Assembly: GCA_963775425.1 (NCBI GenBank)
Contig: CAVZJB010000005.1
Location: 64,001 to 128,000 of the forward strand
DNA from: an uncultured delta proteobacterium
Lineage (GTDB): Bacteria; Myxococcota; UBA727; VGSZ01
Reading direction: 5' to 3'
DNA: 64,000 bases
The notes under the pieces were generated by a model. That model was not told the DNA's origin. It did no database searches and saw only the letters and a program-made list of their open reading frames with translations. The position numbers and the translations under genes are program-made. This document shows positions 1-8,623 of this stretch, one piece after another (the stretch's first letter is position 1; the number at the start of each line of letters is the position of its first letter).

Positions 1-814
1 TGGCCTCGTACGCGAGCGCGCGCCCGAGGATGGTGGCGAGGTCGGCCTCGATGTTGCTCAGCCGCGGCGGCACGTAGCGTGACCCGGCCATCGACCAGAT
101 CTCCCGCTGCGTGCGCGCTCCGTAATAGCGCTCGCCCGCGAGGAGCTCGTACAGGACGACGGCCCCGGAGAACTGATCGGAGCGCGCGTCGACGGGCTCG
201 CCGCGCGCCTGCTCCGGGGACATGTACGCGATCTTGCCGAGCACCACCTGCGAGCCGGTGTGCTCCATCTTCAGCTCCGACGACGCGAGGCCGAAGTCGA
301 TGAGCTTCACCTCGCCGTCGTACGAGATCATCACGTTGTGCGGCGACATGTCGCGGTGGACGACGTGCAGCGGGTCGCCTGTCAGGGTGTGCTTGTGCTG
401 GTGCGCGGCGTCGAGGCCCTCGAGGGCCTCCGCCATGATGAGCACCGACAGCGCCGTGGGGATGGCGCCGCCCGTCGCGTCGACGAGCCGGCGCAGGTTG
501 GTGCCGGCGATGTGCTCCATGGCGAAGAAGTGGACGCCGTCGTGGTAGCCGACGTCGAACACCTGGCAGATGTTGGCGTGCTGGAGCTGGATGACGATGC
601 GCGCTTCGTCCAGGAAGCGCGTGACGTAGCCGGGCTCGTTCACCAGGTCCTGGCGCAACGTCTTGATGACGACGAGCCGGACGGCGCCCGAGACGCCCCG
701 CGTGCTGGCGAGGAACACGTCGCCCATGCCGCCTTGCGCGATCGGTCCAAGCAGGATGTAAGGACCGAACGAGCGTGGGTAGCCGGGCGCAAGCTGGGTG
801 AGAGGTCGGCTCAC
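1..814 (-). CDS. Hanks-type Ser/Thr protein kinase (3' end runs off the window)
   Basis: Manual minus-strand translation from GTG at 814 (absent from the ORF track): FGPYILLGPIAQGGMGDVF, VVIKTL, HRDMSPHNVMISYDGEVKLIDFG, GKIAYMSPEQARG, SDQFS. These are the canonical kinase subdomains. Confidence 0.95.
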   Translation of the reverse strand, partial: MSRPLTQLAPGYPRSFGPYILLGPIAQGGMGDVFLASTRGVSGAVRLVVIKTLRQDLVNEPGYVTRFLDEARIVIQLQHANICQVFDVGYHDGVHFFAMEHIAGTNLRRLVDATGGAIPTALSVLIMAEALEGLDAAHQHKHTLTGDPLHVVHRDMSPHNVMISYDGEVKLIDFGLASSELKMEHTGSQVVLGKIAYMSPEQARGEPVDARSDQFSGAVVLYELLAGERYYGARTQREIWSMAGSRYVPPRLSNIEADLATILGRALAYEA

Positions 815-819
815 GAAAG

Positions 820-826
820 TAGATTA
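820..826. promoter_or_regulatory. Overlapping bidirectional -10 element (TAGATT on +, TAATCT on -)
   Basis: Lies in a 20-bp gap between divergent genes; TAATCT is 6 nt before GTG814 and TAGATT is 9 nt before ATG835. Confidence 0.55.
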
Positions 827-834
827 CGTGGAAG

Positions 835-1951
835 ATGGACCTGCGGCACGTCTCCTTGACTTTCCTCGCCCTCGTCGCCACGAGCGCCCGTGCGGAGCCC
901 GCCGCCTCGCCTTCGATCGCGCTGCTGCCGCTCGTGGGTCAGGGCCTCGCCACCGATGAGGTCGCGCGCGTGGAGACGGCGCTGCAAGCCGAAGTGGAGG
1001 CGCGCTTCGGATTCTGCGAGCATCCCCGCCGCGCAGGTGCGCGCGCGGCTCGACGCCGGCAGCGCCCAGGGGCTCGCCTGCGACCGCACGCAGGTCGCGT
1101 GCCTCGTGCAGCTCGGCATCGTCGTCCGCGCCGACCGCGCGATCCTCGCGACGCTCGCGAAAAAGGAGGGCCAGCAGGAGGCGACGCTCGTGCTTCGCCT
1201 CGTCGACGTCCTCGGCGCGGAGCAGCTCGCGCGCGCCGCCGGCAGCGTCGCCGCCGAGCCCACCGTGCTGCAGATGCGCGCGCTCCTCGCACGACTCGAC
1301 GATCCTGCCGCCCACGCCACCCGCGTGAGCGTGCGGGGGCCCGCCGGCGCCATCGTGCTCCTCGACGGCAAGGCCCTCGGCAAGCTCCCGCTCCCGGCGC
1401 TCAACGCCGTCTCCCCGGGCAAGCACGTCGTCACCGTGCTCGGCCCGCTGCGCCACGACGAGAACATCGACGTGCGCCGCGGCGAGCCCGTCGTCGTCGA
1501 GGTCCCCGTCCCCGCGTCCGCCCCCGCCTCCGCCCCCGGCGCCCCCGTCGCCTCCGCGACGCCCCCGTCGGGGACGTCAGGGCCGGACCCGGCAACGCCG
1601 GTGGCGCGCGCCGACGACCCCGGCGTGCCCGCGAACGCGCTGCCGTGGCTCGGCGTCGCGGGCGGCGGCTCGGCCGTGATCCTCGGCGCGGCGGGGCTGC
1701 TCTTCGGCCTGTCGCCGCGCTTCGCCTACGACGACGCCGCCGCCGAGCTGCGCAAGATCGAAGCCGAGGTGGGCACCAATCACGCCGCGCTCGTCGCCCG
1801 GCGCGCGGACGTGGAGGCGGCCCGCGGGCGCCTCGACGACAGCGCCGCCCAGTGGACCACCTGGGGCGCCCCGCTCGCCATCGCCGGCGGGGTCGCCCTC
1901 GGCGCCGGCCTCGTCGTCGCCGGCGCCGGCGCCTTCGGCCTCGCGGAGTAG
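835..1951 (+). pseudogene. PEGA-domain secreted/membrane protein split by a frameshift at about 1005-1020 (pseudogene or sequence error)
   Basis: The signal peptide and N-terminus (MDLRHVSLTFLALVATSARAEP...) are in the 835 frame. The continuation (ASIPAAQV...CDRTQVACLVQLG, PEGA GAIVLLDGKALG...PGKHVVTV, C-terminal Gly-rich TM hairpin) is in the 890 frame. Confidence 0.75.
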
Positions 1952-2068
1952 CCGGGGCCGTCTACCCGATGCCCCGAGGCCGCATCGCCCGGTCGCAACT
2001 GACATTCGCTGCCGAGGGTGACCGGGGTCGTGTTGGACGCGGCGGGGCCCACGGTTACACTTGTCGCC

Positions 2069-3667
2069 ATGCGCTCGACAGCCGCCCTCGCGTCCCTGCT
2101 CGTGCCCCTCGCCGCCGGACCGGCGTGCAATTGCGGGCTCGAGGTGCTCGCGACGCCGCTGCCGCACATGATCGTCCAGCCCAAGGCGGTGGAGATCAAC
2201 ACCGCGCCGGTGGCGCAGGACACGACCGTCGTCATCCAGGTCAGCGACCCGACCATCGTGAACCTCGAGCAGGTGCACGCCGAGCTGCAGGAGCCTGTCG
2301 ACCCCTCGTTCCGGCTCGTCCCGCCCGTCATCGACGAGGTGCTCGCGGGGCAGACCGGCGAGATCACCGTCGTCGTCCGGCCGTCCACCGCCTCGGAGCT
2401 CCACGCCGTGTTGGTGTTGACGGCCGAGGACGACGCCAAGCCCAACCGCGTCGAGGTACCGTTCATCATCCACGCCGTGGACGTCGGCCTCCCCGACATC
2501 TGCGACTACCCCGAGCAGATCGCGTTCGGCGGCATCGGGCAGAGCGACATCGGCCGTGACGAGGTCACCATGGACAACTGTGGCGTCCGCGACCTCATCA
2601 TCGACTCCGTCCGCCAGTGCAAGGACCCCGTCGGCGACGACCCGGTCGACGAAGACGGCTGCGGCCCCGACGACCCCGCCTTCCACGTGCAACAGGTGCC
2701 GCAGCCGCCGCAGCCCGAGACGGCCATCGGCCCCGGCGAGCGCGGCGGCATCTCCCTGCCCATCACGTTCAGCCCCGGCGACCTCGTCGAGCACGACACC
2801 AACGTGATGATCAAGTCGAACGACCCCGACGAAAACCCGCTGATCATCCCCGTGAGCGGCACCGGCGCGGCGTGTCCCACGGCGTGCATCGAAGCCGTCG
2901 ACGGCATCGACGGCATCCAGCCCTTCGACACCGTCCGCCTCGACGGCGGCTGCTCGACGGTCCCCGAAGGCGCCAACACGTCCATCGAGGCCTACCAGTG
3001 GACGCTGTCGCAGCAGCCCCTCGGCTCGACGACGACGCTGTCGTCGCTCACCGACTCGCGCGTGGAGCTCCCGGTCGACCTCGCGGGCAACTACTGCGTG
3101 AACCTCACCGTCACCGACACCGCCGGCGCGCACAGTTGCGCTCCGGCTTCGCAGTGCTTCCAGGCCGTGCCCACCGAGGACCTCCACATCCAGCTCGTCT
3201 GGGACAGCCCCACCGCGGACCTCGACCTCCACCTCGTCGGCGACGGCGGCGACCCCTTCAAGCATGAGAGCGACTGCTACTTCTCGAACCGCCACCCCAC
3301 GCCCGACGATTGCCCGGCGAACGCTTCGCGCTGCTCGTGGGTGGACAACGCCGACCAGAACCCCAACCTCGACCACGACGACAACGACGGCTACGGCCCG
3401 GAGAACACCAACATCGTGCACCCGGCCCCGGGCTCGCACTGGCGCATCTTCGTGCATTACTGGAACGCGCAGACCGACGGCGATCCGCGGGTGACGGCCA
3501 CCGTGCGCGTCTTCGTCTACGGCCAACAGGTGCTCGAGCTGCAGCAGGTGTTCGAGAACGACCAGACCCTGTGGCAGGCGGTAGACATCGTCTGGCCCGA
3601 GGTGGAAGGTGATCCGGCGAGAGTCTCGCAGATTGGAAATGTCACCCCCTTCCCCCGGCCGTTCTGA
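2069..3667 (+). CDS. Surface lipoprotein: Ig-like (choice-of-anchor D/ASH-like) + PKD-like + YfaP/DUF2135-like C-terminal domain
   Basis: Lipoprotein-type N-terminus ending ACNC; IKSNDPDENP Ig-like motif; VRLDG..S..YQWTL PKD-like; LHIQLVWD...DLDLHL...LDHDDNDGYGPEN YfaP-like. TACACT lies 7 nt before ATG2069. Confidence 0.75.
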   Translation: MRSTAALASLLVPLAAGPACNCGLEVLATPLPHMIVQPKAVEINTAPVAQDTTVVIQVSDPTIVNLEQVHAELQEPVDPSFRLVPPVIDEVLAGQTGEITVVVRPSTASELHAVLVLTAEDDAKPNRVEVPFIIHAVDVGLPDICDYPEQIAFGGIGQSDIGRDEVTMDNCGVRDLIIDSVRQCKDPVGDDPVDEDGCGPDDPAFHVQQVPQPPQPETAIGPGERGGISLPITFSPGDLVEHDTNVMIKSNDPDENPLIIPVSGTGAACPTACIEAVDGIDGIQPFDTVRLDGGCSTVPEGANTSIEAYQWTLSQQPLGSTTTLSSLTDSRVELPVDLAGNYCVNLTVTDTAGAHSCAPASQCFQAVPTEDLHIQLVWDSPTADLDLHLVGDGGDPFKHESDCYFSNRHPTPDDCPANASRCSWVDNADQNPNLDHDDNDGYGPENTNIVHPAPGSHWRIFVHYWNAQTDGDPRVTATVRVFVYGQQVLELQQVFENDQTLWQAVDIVWPEVEGDPARVSQIGNVTPFPRPF

Positions 3668-3680
3668 AGTCCCACGAAGC

Positions 3681-5993
3681 ATGTCCCGTCAGGCCGCCCT
3701 CGTCCTCGCGCTCGCCGCCGTCTCCGTCGGCTCCTGCCGGTGCGGCCCCCTGCTCCCCGACCCGCCCAAGCAGTGCACGCCCGACGGCGCCGGCTGCCTG
3801 TCCGACGAGATCTGCGTCGACTTCCAATGCGTGCCGCGGCCCAAGTGCGCCACCGACGCGGACTGCGACAGCCCCGCGTTTCAGTGCGTGTTGCCCGCGC
3901 AGGTCTGTCAGCTCCGCGAGGGCTTCGGCCTCGAGTGCAGCGCGGCGGCCCCGTGCGTGCCCGGCAAGTTCTGCGCGCTCGGCATCTGCCGCGACTTCAA
4001 CGAGGACAACGTCTGCAGCTTCGACACCGACTGTCGCCCCGGCCAGCGTTGCGACCGCATCGACGTGCAGTGCATCCCGGACGGCGATTGCCGCCTCACC
4101 GACGCGTTCCCCGAGCTCGCGTGCTTCGAGCAGGGCGGCGAGCAGTGCGACGCGCTGACGGGCCGCTGCGCGCAACCGTGCGGCGATCCGCCCGTGTGCA
4201 CCAGCGACGGCGATTGCCCGAGCGCCGGTGAGCACTGCAACGGGAGCTGCCTGTGCGTGCAGTGCATCTCCAACGACGACTGCGGACCGGGCCTGCACTG
4301 CGACACGCGTTCGGGTGACTGCCACAGCGACAACGAGTGCTTCAGCGACAGCGACTGCGAGCCGCCGCTCGTGTGCGGCGCGTCGGCGCAATGCGAAGTG
4401 GCGCCGCCGCCGTGCTTCAGCGACTTCGACTGCAACTTCGGCCAGACCTGCGACGTGGGCACCAACCAGTGTCAGTTCATCGGCGGCGGCGCGTGCGCGG
4501 ACGATTGTTTCGATCCCGCGTTCGGCGCAGGCAACAACACGCCGGCGACCGCGAAGGCGCTCACGGTCAACTTCGGCGAGAACCCGGTCGTCGACGACCT
4601 CGTGCTCTGCCTCAACAACGACGACGTCTACTCCGTCGCGCTCACCGCCGGCGACCTCCTCATCGCGCACGTCGACGGCACGGACCCGCTGGCCGGCGCC
4701 ACCATGACGCTCCTTGACGCCACCGGCGAAAACACCCTCGACTTCGCCGAGACGCCGCCGCGCGGGGACGGCACCATCGCGTTCGTCGCGCAGTCCGACG
4801 AGACCGTCTACCTGCGCCTCTCGGCGCTCCAGAGCACAAGACAGGACGGCGGCGGCACGCCGTACACGCTCCAGCTCACGCGCGAAAACGGCGCGGTCTG
4901 TCAGCCCGACGCGTTCGAGAGCCCGCCCAACGACACGCTCGTGAGCGCCACGCCGCCCGAGCAGGTGCCCGACGGCGTCGTCCTCCTCGGCACGGTGTGC
5001 CCCGGCGACGTCGACCTCTATCGCGTCGACGTGGCGTCGGGCGAGGGGCTGTCGGCGAACCTGGCGTTCGACGGCGCGGCCACGGACCTCGACCTCGCGT
5101 TCCTCGACGAGCAAGGCACGCTCGTCGTGCAGGACGGCGGCGTGTCGCAGCCGGAGACGCTGCGCCACCGCTTCCCGTTCGCGGGCAGCGTCTACGTGCG
5201 GGTGCGCGGCTTCGGCAGCGACATCGGCAGCTACAACCTCACGGTGAACCACGAGCCCCCGTTCGTCTGCGTCCCCGACGCCGCCGAGCCCGCCGACAAC
5301 GACCCGTCGACGGCGCCCACGCTCCCGCTCAACCAGGCGCTCGGCCCCGAGGACCACACCATGTGCAGCGGCGACGTGGACACCGTGGTCACGCCGCTCG
5401 AGGACTTCGAGCGCATGATCGTGAGCGCGCTGTACGACGACGCCGACGTGGAGCTCGCCATCGACATCGTCGACGCGGCGGACGGCACCACGGTGCTCGC
5501 CACCTCGCCGCCGGCCACGGGCGGCGCCGCCGTGAGCTACGACGCGCGCGCCAACGAGACCGTCTTCGTCCGCGTCGGCGGCGTCGGCGGCGCCGTCGGG
5601 CCGTACCAGCTCCACATCGAAAAAGAGAACCAGCTCGACTGCGCGCCCGACGCGCTCGAGCCCAACAACACCGTCGCGCAGGCCAAGCCGCTGCCGGCCC
5701 CGGGCGAGCTGTTGAGCATGTGCGGCACGGACGCCGACTTCTTCTCCATCGACGGCAACGCGGGCAAGAAGCTCGTCGTCGACGCGTCGTTCCGCCAGGC
5801 CGAGGGCGACATCGACCTCCAGCTCATCGGGCTCGACGGCTCCCAGATCCTCGCCACCGCCGACGGCACCAGCGACGGCGAGCACCTCGAGGTCACGCTG
5901 CCCCTCGACGGCACCTACACCCTGCGCGTGTTCTCCCTCTCCGGCGACACCAGGTCGCGGTACACGCTGACCGTCTCCGAGGTCTCCCCGTAG
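3681..5993 (+). CDS. Cys-rich (CxxDxDC repeat) lipoprotein with tandem PPC (pre-peptidase C-terminal-like) domains
   Basis: Signal ends VGSCRC; many CxxDxDC repeats; four repeats of the D/EPNN...C..D.D.Y/F...DLDL...Y.L type. Confidence 0.8.
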   Translation: MSRQAALVLALAAVSVGSCRCGPLLPDPPKQCTPDGAGCLSDEICVDFQCVPRPKCATDADCDSPAFQCVLPAQVCQLREGFGLECSAAAPCVPGKFCALGICRDFNEDNVCSFDTDCRPGQRCDRIDVQCIPDGDCRLTDAFPELACFEQGGEQCDALTGRCAQPCGDPPVCTSDGDCPSAGEHCNGSCLCVQCISNDDCGPGLHCDTRSGDCHSDNECFSDSDCEPPLVCGASAQCEVAPPPCFSDFDCNFGQTCDVGTNQCQFIGGGACADDCFDPAFGAGNNTPATAKALTVNFGENPVVDDLVLCLNNDDVYSVALTAGDLLIAHVDGTDPLAGATMTLLDATGENTLDFAETPPRGDGTIAFVAQSDETVYLRLSALQSTRQDGGGTPYTLQLTRENGAVCQPDAFESPPNDTLVSATPPEQVPDGVVLLGTVCPGDVDLYRVDVASGEGLSANLAFDGAATDLDLAFLDEQGTLVVQDGGVSQPETLRHRFPFAGSVYVRVRGFGSDIGSYNLTVNHEPPFVCVPDAAEPADNDPSTAPTLPLNQALGPEDHTMCSGDVDTVVTPLEDFERMIVSALYDDADVELAIDIVDAADGTTVLATSPPATGGAAVSYDARANETVFVRVGGVGGAVGPYQLHIEKENQLDCAPDALEPNNTVAQAKPLPAPGELLSMCGTDADFFSIDGNAGKKLVVDASFRQAEGDIDLQLIGLDGSQILATADGTSDGEHLEVTLPLDGTYTLRVFSLSGDTRSRYTLTVSEVSP

Positions 5994-6081
5994 GGCGGGG
6001 CCTTGTCCCCGGCCTCCGCCCCGCGCCGTCGAGATCCGCGCCAAAAGGCCGTCCCGCGCCGTAGACTGACGGGGGTCTCCT

Positions 6082-7395
6082 ATGAAGATCAAGACCGACG
6101 TCGACGCCGCCCTGCGCAAGGCCAGGCTTCCGCAGGAGACCGTCAAGCTCGAGAGCCCGGCCCCTTTGCAGGTGCCCGGCAAGACCGGGCCCGGCGTCTC
6201 CGCGCTCGAGCCCAAGGAGGTCGGCGCCGATCCCGCCTGGGTCGCCGCCCACGCCGCCGGCGAGGCGGTCGACGGCGCGCCCAGGAAGACCGCGCTCAGC
6301 GTCCGCTTCCCCGAGATGTCGGCCGAGCTCACGTTCAACGACAACCTCGCCGTCGCCATCGCCGGCGCCGACGGCCACCTCGGCAGCGACGCGCCCAAGC
6401 TCACGCCGGCCATCGCCCAGGCGCTCTTCGAGGTCACCAAGGAGGGCGGCATCTCGTCGCGCGAGCTCAAGGACGCGGCGCGCATCGCCGACGCGCTGAC
6501 GGCCCGCGGCGACGCCAACGCGCCCCTGCTCCGGGAGCTGACGGCAAAGATCCGCGACGCGTACGCCGACCAGACCTTCCTCACCAAGCTGATCGCGCGC
6601 GCCGGCGACATCGGCAAGAGAGACAAGGTCCCGAGCCTCACCTCCGCGGCCGTCGAGGCCACGCAGCCCGGCAAGGTCGGCGAGTGGGTCGGCGTTCACC
6701 TCTCGCGCGCGCAGGACGCCGCGCCGGTGGACGGCCCCGCGCCCAACGCGGCCACGGGGAAGTACGTGATGTGCCCCGTGCTCGGCTCGCTCATCCAGGA
6801 AGGCTCGCTCAAGCAGGACGACAAGGGGAACATCAGCCTCGCCGAGTTCAACGACGTCATGATCAAGCGGCTCGGCATCACGCCCGAGCGCGCGGCGCTC
6901 ACGGTGAGCACCACGTTCATCGGTCAGCACGCGTCGGACGCGCCGCACGTGGCGGCCGGCAAGCTGAACATCAACCACCTGAAGGGCAGCATCCTCGACC
7001 ACCAGCACCACGGGGACACCGGCATCCTCGCGGACGGCGAGTTCCACGAGGACAAGTTCCAGGCGTTGCTCGCGCACAGCTCCGACGGAAAGTCGCTGTG
7101 CATCGCCGACTTCGCGCACGCCATCAACGATCAGCTCGCGCGCGACGACGGCTTCGTCACGAGGGCGAAGGGAACGAGCGAAGACGTCTTCGAGATGGCG
7201 GCGCTCATCAACACCTTCGGCTACGTCGACGACAAGGGCGAGCGCCGCATCGACTTCGGCACGCTGCGAGACCTCTACCAGAACCGCCGGCTGCCGCCGC
7301 AGTCCGAGCTGATGGCGAGGAAGTCCACGGGCCTCATCGAGCACACCGAGTCCATGGCCAAGATGGGCGTCGAGATGATCAAGGACGAGCGATGA
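6082..7395 (+). CDS. Protein with a C-terminal heme-thiolate peroxidase/peroxygenase (Peroxidase_2) or caleosin-like domain
   Basis: MCPVLGSLIQEGSL (cf. PCPxLNxLANHGYL), GNISLAEF, LDHQHHGDTG, FQALLAHSSDGKSL, FEMAALINTFG, LRDLYQNRRLP (cf. FFxEERLP). No signal peptide. Confidence 0.6.
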   Translation: MKIKTDVDAALRKARLPQETVKLESPAPLQVPGKTGPGVSALEPKEVGADPAWVAAHAAGEAVDGAPRKTALSVRFPEMSAELTFNDNLAVAIAGADGHLGSDAPKLTPAIAQALFEVTKEGGISSRELKDAARIADALTARGDANAPLLRELTAKIRDAYADQTFLTKLIARAGDIGKRDKVPSLTSAAVEATQPGKVGEWVGVHLSRAQDAAPVDGPAPNAATGKYVMCPVLGSLIQEGSLKQDDKGNISLAEFNDVMIKRLGITPERAALTVSTTFIGQHASDAPHVAAGKLNINHLKGSILDHQHHGDTGILADGEFHEDKFQALLAHSSDGKSLCIADFAHAINDQLARDDGFVTRAKGTSEDVFEMAALINTFGYVDDKGERRIDFGTLRDLYQNRRLPPQSELMARKSTGLIEHTESMAKMGVEMIKDER

Positions 7396-7697
7396 GCGAA
7401 CAGGAGATCGACACCGCCAAGGTGAGCGCGCTCGTCAACGAGGCGCTCCTGTCGTGCACGGCCGACGACGGGCGCTTGAAGATGCTCGAGCCCGGCTTCC
7501 TCGCCATCGGCAAGCGGGTGCACGAGTCCGACGACAAGAGGCTCTGGGCCGCGGCGCTCATCGCGCTGTCCACGCGCCTCAAGGACGTCGAGGGCGCCAA
7601 GGACGCGGCGGAGCGCACGGCGGTCCTCGCGGCCATCGCCCTGGGCGACGTCGAGCTGAACGGGATGCTCTGCAAACGCCTCTACGGTCGCCGCTGA
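7392..7697 (+). CDS. Small helical hypothetical protein (101 aa), translationally coupled to the upstream gene
   Basis: ATGA overlap at 7392-7395; MSEQEIDTAKVSAL...; typical GC3-rich codon usage. Confidence 0.7.
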   Translation: MSEQEIDTAKVSALVNEALLSCTADDGRLKMLEPGFLAIGKRVHESDDKRLWAAALIALSTRLKDVEGAKDAAERTAVLAAIALGDVELNGMLCKRLYGRR

Positions 7698-7701
7698 GCG
7701 G

Positions 7702-8412
7702 CTACATCCAATACTCGTTGCCGTCGGTGCAGCGGACAATCCAGCGGCCGTAGCAGTCGCCGTCCTCGTAGTAGCCGTCGTCGACGTACTCGTAGCCGCA
7801 GTCGTCGGGGCCGTAGCAGACGTAGTCGTAGTAGGAGGTGTCGACCCAGCAATCGGGATCGCAGTAGGTGTCGCGCCAGATCCACCAGCAGACGTCGTCC
7901 TCGGCCTCCGTCGGCGTCTGCGGCACCGCGGAGGGCATCGGCGTCGCCGTGCCGAGGAAGCACGCGCACTCGAAGGCGGACCAGGTGCCGCCGTCGGCCT
8001 CGCACTGCGACGGGCCCGCGCCGCCGGGGTCGCATTGGCAGGTGTCGTCGACGCAGGCGAAGCCGGGCCGCTCGGTGTCGGTGGCCGCGCCGCAGTCGCT
8101 CGCCACGGCGCACGCCGCTTGCGCGTCGGCGGGGATGCCCGGGTCGCCGTCGCTGACGACGCCGTCGCCGTCGGGGTCGTCGGCGGCGGGGGGGCCGGCG
8201 TCGTCGGGCGCGGGTTGCTGCGGATGAGCGCCGTCCGGGTCGGTGCCGTCGGTCGGGTTGGCGGCGGCGCTGCCGTCGTCGGTGCCGTGGTCGGCGGGGG
8301 GAGCGCTCGCTTGCGTCTGCGGGCCCTGGGGAGGCGGCGGCGGTTGACCGGGGTCGACCGCGTTCACGCAGGCCGTGAGCGACAGGAACAGGGCGGCGAC
8401 GACGACCCTCAC
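7702..8412 (-). CDS. Hypothetical Cys-rich lipoprotein with a Tyr/Asp/Trp-rich C-terminus
   Basis: GTG8412, lipobox LTAC, Pro/Asp linker, Cys-rich module and aromatic-acidic tail. Confidence 0.7.
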   Translation of the reverse strand: MRVVVAALFLSLTACVNAVDPGQPPPPPQGPQTQASAPPADHGTDDGSAAANPTDGTDPDGAHPQQPAPDDAGPPAADDPDGDGVVSDGDPGIPADAQAACAVASDCGAATDTERPGFACVDDTCQCDPGGAGPSQCEADGGTWSAFECACFLGTATPMPSAVPQTPTEAEDDVCWWIWRDTYCDPDCWVDTSYYDYVCYGPDDCGYEYVDDGYYEDGDCYGRWIVRCTDGNEYWM

Positions 8413-8513
8413 GCCCTGTGTATCGGCCCCCGGTAGCGAAAGGTGCGATACGTACAACGCACTGATCTATCGACACTTTTCTGGATCTGCGCCGTCGACC
8501 GCGCTCCGAGGCG

Positions 8514-8623
8514 CTCCGGTCGCTGCGTCACGCGCGGCCGCTCCCTCCGGTCGCTGCGTCACGCGCGGCCGCTCCCTCCGGTCGCTGGGTCACGCGCGGC
8601 CGCTCCCTCCGGTCGCTGGGTCA
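8514..8623. repeat. 31-bp tandem repeat (about 3.5 copies) with a REP-like hairpin
   Basis: Unit CTCCGGTCGCTG(C/G)GTCACGCGCGGCCGCTCC starts at 8514, 8545, 8576 and 8607. Hairpin GCGGCCG-CTCCCTC-CGGTCGC. Confidence 0.9.

Noticed and set aside
835-2559. 574-aa ORF as a single real protein
   Set aside because: Only the first ~58 aa look genuine; the rest is Arg/Pro-rich off-frame sequence overlapping two real coding regions.
3642-6674. 1010-aa minus-strand ORF, and similar long ORFs such as 12773..15853+, 41870..44698+, 44533..47457+ and 60636..63977+
   Set aside because: Antisense shadows of real genes caused by high GC3; no motifs, and the opposite strand has clear domain signatures.
8514-8623. 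CRISPR array (31-bp repeat)
   Set aside because: Units are head-to-tail with no unique spacers, and there are no cas genes in the window.
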